Below, in pieces: positions 63,090 to 64,000 of a stretch of DNA of 64,000 nt. Both the position numbers and the translations under genes were made by a program. Position 1 is the first letter of the stretch. The number at the start of each line of letters is the position of its first letter. This DNA is from a virus: the IMG/VR virus record IMGVR_UViG_3300045988_125802, one strand, 5' to 3'. The notes beneath the pieces were generated by a model. It saw only the letters and a list, made by a program, of their open reading frames with translations. It made no database searches and was not told the DNA's origin.

Positions 63090-63594
63090 AAGTCAATATC
63101 AAGTATCAAACCTTGGCAATGTAAAATCCCTTAATAGGGGAATATTAATGTCTCCCTCTACTACTCCTAATGGATACTCTATAATTAATCTTAGTAATAA
63201 TGGCAGAAGGAAGTGTTTTGCAATTCATAGATTAGTAGCTCAAGCTTTTCTGTCTGACTATAATGATTCACTAGAAGTTAATCATAAAGATGAGAATAAA
63301 GCTAATAATTCTGTAGAAAATCTTGAGATGTGTACTAGGCTATATAACATGAGATATGGCACTGGTATAATAAGACATGCTGAGAGTAAAAGAGCTAATA
63401 ATCATAGAAAAGTATTACAGTATGATTTAGACGGAGGTTTAATTAAAGAGTGGGAGAATGCAAGAATAGCATCTGAAACTCTTGGAATTAGTCATGCTAA
63501 CATCATAGTAGCCTGTAGAGGCTATTATACTAAGAATAGTAGGAAATATCCTGTAAAGTCAGCTTATGGGTATGTTTGGAGATATGCAGATTGA
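63055..63594 (+). CDS. Free-standing HNH homing endonuclease with NUMOD4 motif (179 aa)
   Basis: IWKPVVGYESQYQVSNLGNVKS; HRLVAQAFL...VNHKDENKANNSVENLEM. It overlaps the nrdG 3' end by 35 nt. Confidence 0.8.
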   Translation: MTEIWKPVVGYESQYQVSNLGNVKSLNRGILMSPSTTPNGYSIINLSNNGRRKCFAIHRLVAQAFLSDYNDSLEVNHKDENKANNSVENLEMCTRLYNMRYGTGIIRHAESKRANNHRKVLQYDLDGGLIKEWENARIASETLGISHANIIVACRGYYTKNSRKYPVKSAYGYVWRYAD

Positions 63595-63615
63595 TAAAAT
63601 ATAAGTTTTGGAAAC

Positions 63616-64000
63616 ATGAAACTGAAAATTAAAGTAAAAGTATTGACTGAGGGCTGTATGCCTGTAATTAGTGAGAATGGTGATTGGATTGATTTGAAAT
63701 CGGCAGTAGATATTACTATTCCTGCACCACAGGCCAGTGTCCTTAAAAGGAAGATTGTTGAAGGAGAGAGAGTAGGTCATAGGAATATAGAGATCTCTAC
63801 CTATTATATCCCTCTCGGAGTTGCAATGCAACTACCTAAAGGATTTGAAGCTATTATTGATTCAAGGAGCAGTGGTCCTAAGAAGTTAGGATTGTTCATC
63901 CCAAATGGTCAAGGTGTAGTGGATAATACATATAATGGTAATAATGATCAATGGCACTATGTATGTTCTCCTATGAGAGAGACTACTATTGAAACTGGCA
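63616..64000 (+). CDS. dut: dUTPase (trimeric type), N-terminal 128 codons; runs off the right edge
   Basis: ATG at 63616. NGDWIDLKSA (motif 1-like) and IIDSRSSGPKKLGLFIPNGQGVVDNTYNGNND (motif 3: RSS...G.iD..Y.G). Confidence 0.8.
   Translation, partial: MKLKIKVKVLTEGCMPVISENGDWIDLKSAVDITIPAPQASVLKRKIVEGERVGHRNIEISTYYIPLGVAMQLPKGFEAIIDSRSSGPKKLGLFIPNGQGVVDNTYNGNNDQWHYVCSPMRETTIETG

Noticed and set aside
63559-63831. 90-aa minus-strand ORF overlapping the HEG end and the dUTPase start
   Set aside because: It is antisense to a CDS with clear dUTPase motifs.
1-64000. Genome-wide stop-codon reassignment (TAG or TGA), as known for some crAss-like lineages
   Set aside because: ORFs up to 1482 aa are intact in the standard code. 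TAA, TAG and TGA are all seen as terminators of well-supported genes. No tRNA with a clean CTA or TCA anticodon loop was found. The only oddity is the single in-frame TAG at 41051.
1-64000. CRISPR array, integrase/lysogeny module, rRNA
   Set aside because: No regularly spaced direct repeats with unique spacers were found, and the only tandem repeats lie inside coding sequence. No tyrosine or serine recombinase motifs were seen in any ORF. There is no rRNA-like sequence.

Overview
AT-rich dsDNA phage segment. Gene content and order look like a crAss-like (Crassvirales-type) phage of Bacteroidales; this is recognised from memory of the families and no search was run. Two divergent gene blocks meet at a T-tract-rich control region of about 0.5 kb (32.6-33.1 kb). 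LEFTWARD block (1-32.6 kb, minus strand), in transcription order: small ORFs (Dps-like, Zn-ribbon, HU-like, GroES-like), a nine-tRNA array, and a candidate small terminase. Then TerL, which is interrupted by two complete LAGLIDADG inteins, then portal. A tail-fibre/spike cluster of about 9 kb follows, including a 1020-aa fibre with an S74 intramolecular-chaperone C-terminus and a PI-PLC-like enzyme. After it come a lysis cluster, a scaffold-like acidic protein, a 608-nt ORF-free structured leader, the major capsid protein, and further capsid/connector proteins. RIGHTWARD block (33.1-64 kb, plus strand): small secreted/membrane ORFs, then an RNA island with tRNA-Arg(CCT), tRNA-Arg(TCT), two tRNA-shaped elements with aberrant anticodon arms, and a full-length tmRNA (ssrA). 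Next are a PRTase, an SPFH/band-7 protein and a GH73 muramidase, followed by the replication module. That module holds an SF2 helicase, a DnaB-like helicase, a P-loop ATPase split by a group I intron, an SSB candidate, a TOPRIM primase, UDG, a T7 endonuclease I-like resolvase, a RecB-like nuclease, nrdD split by a second related group I intron, nrdG and dUTPase. Embedded in it is a translationally coupled JAB (JAMM) / E1-like (ThiF) cassette flanked by two unknown proteins. I regard this cassette as the most interesting candidate system. The segment is heavily colonised by selfish elements: 2 inteins, 2 group I introns and 5 HNH homing-endonuclease genes. No integrase, CRISPR array, rRNA, DNA polymerase or RNA polymerase is visible. 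All functional calls come from motif recognition by eye and none has been confirmed by a search.
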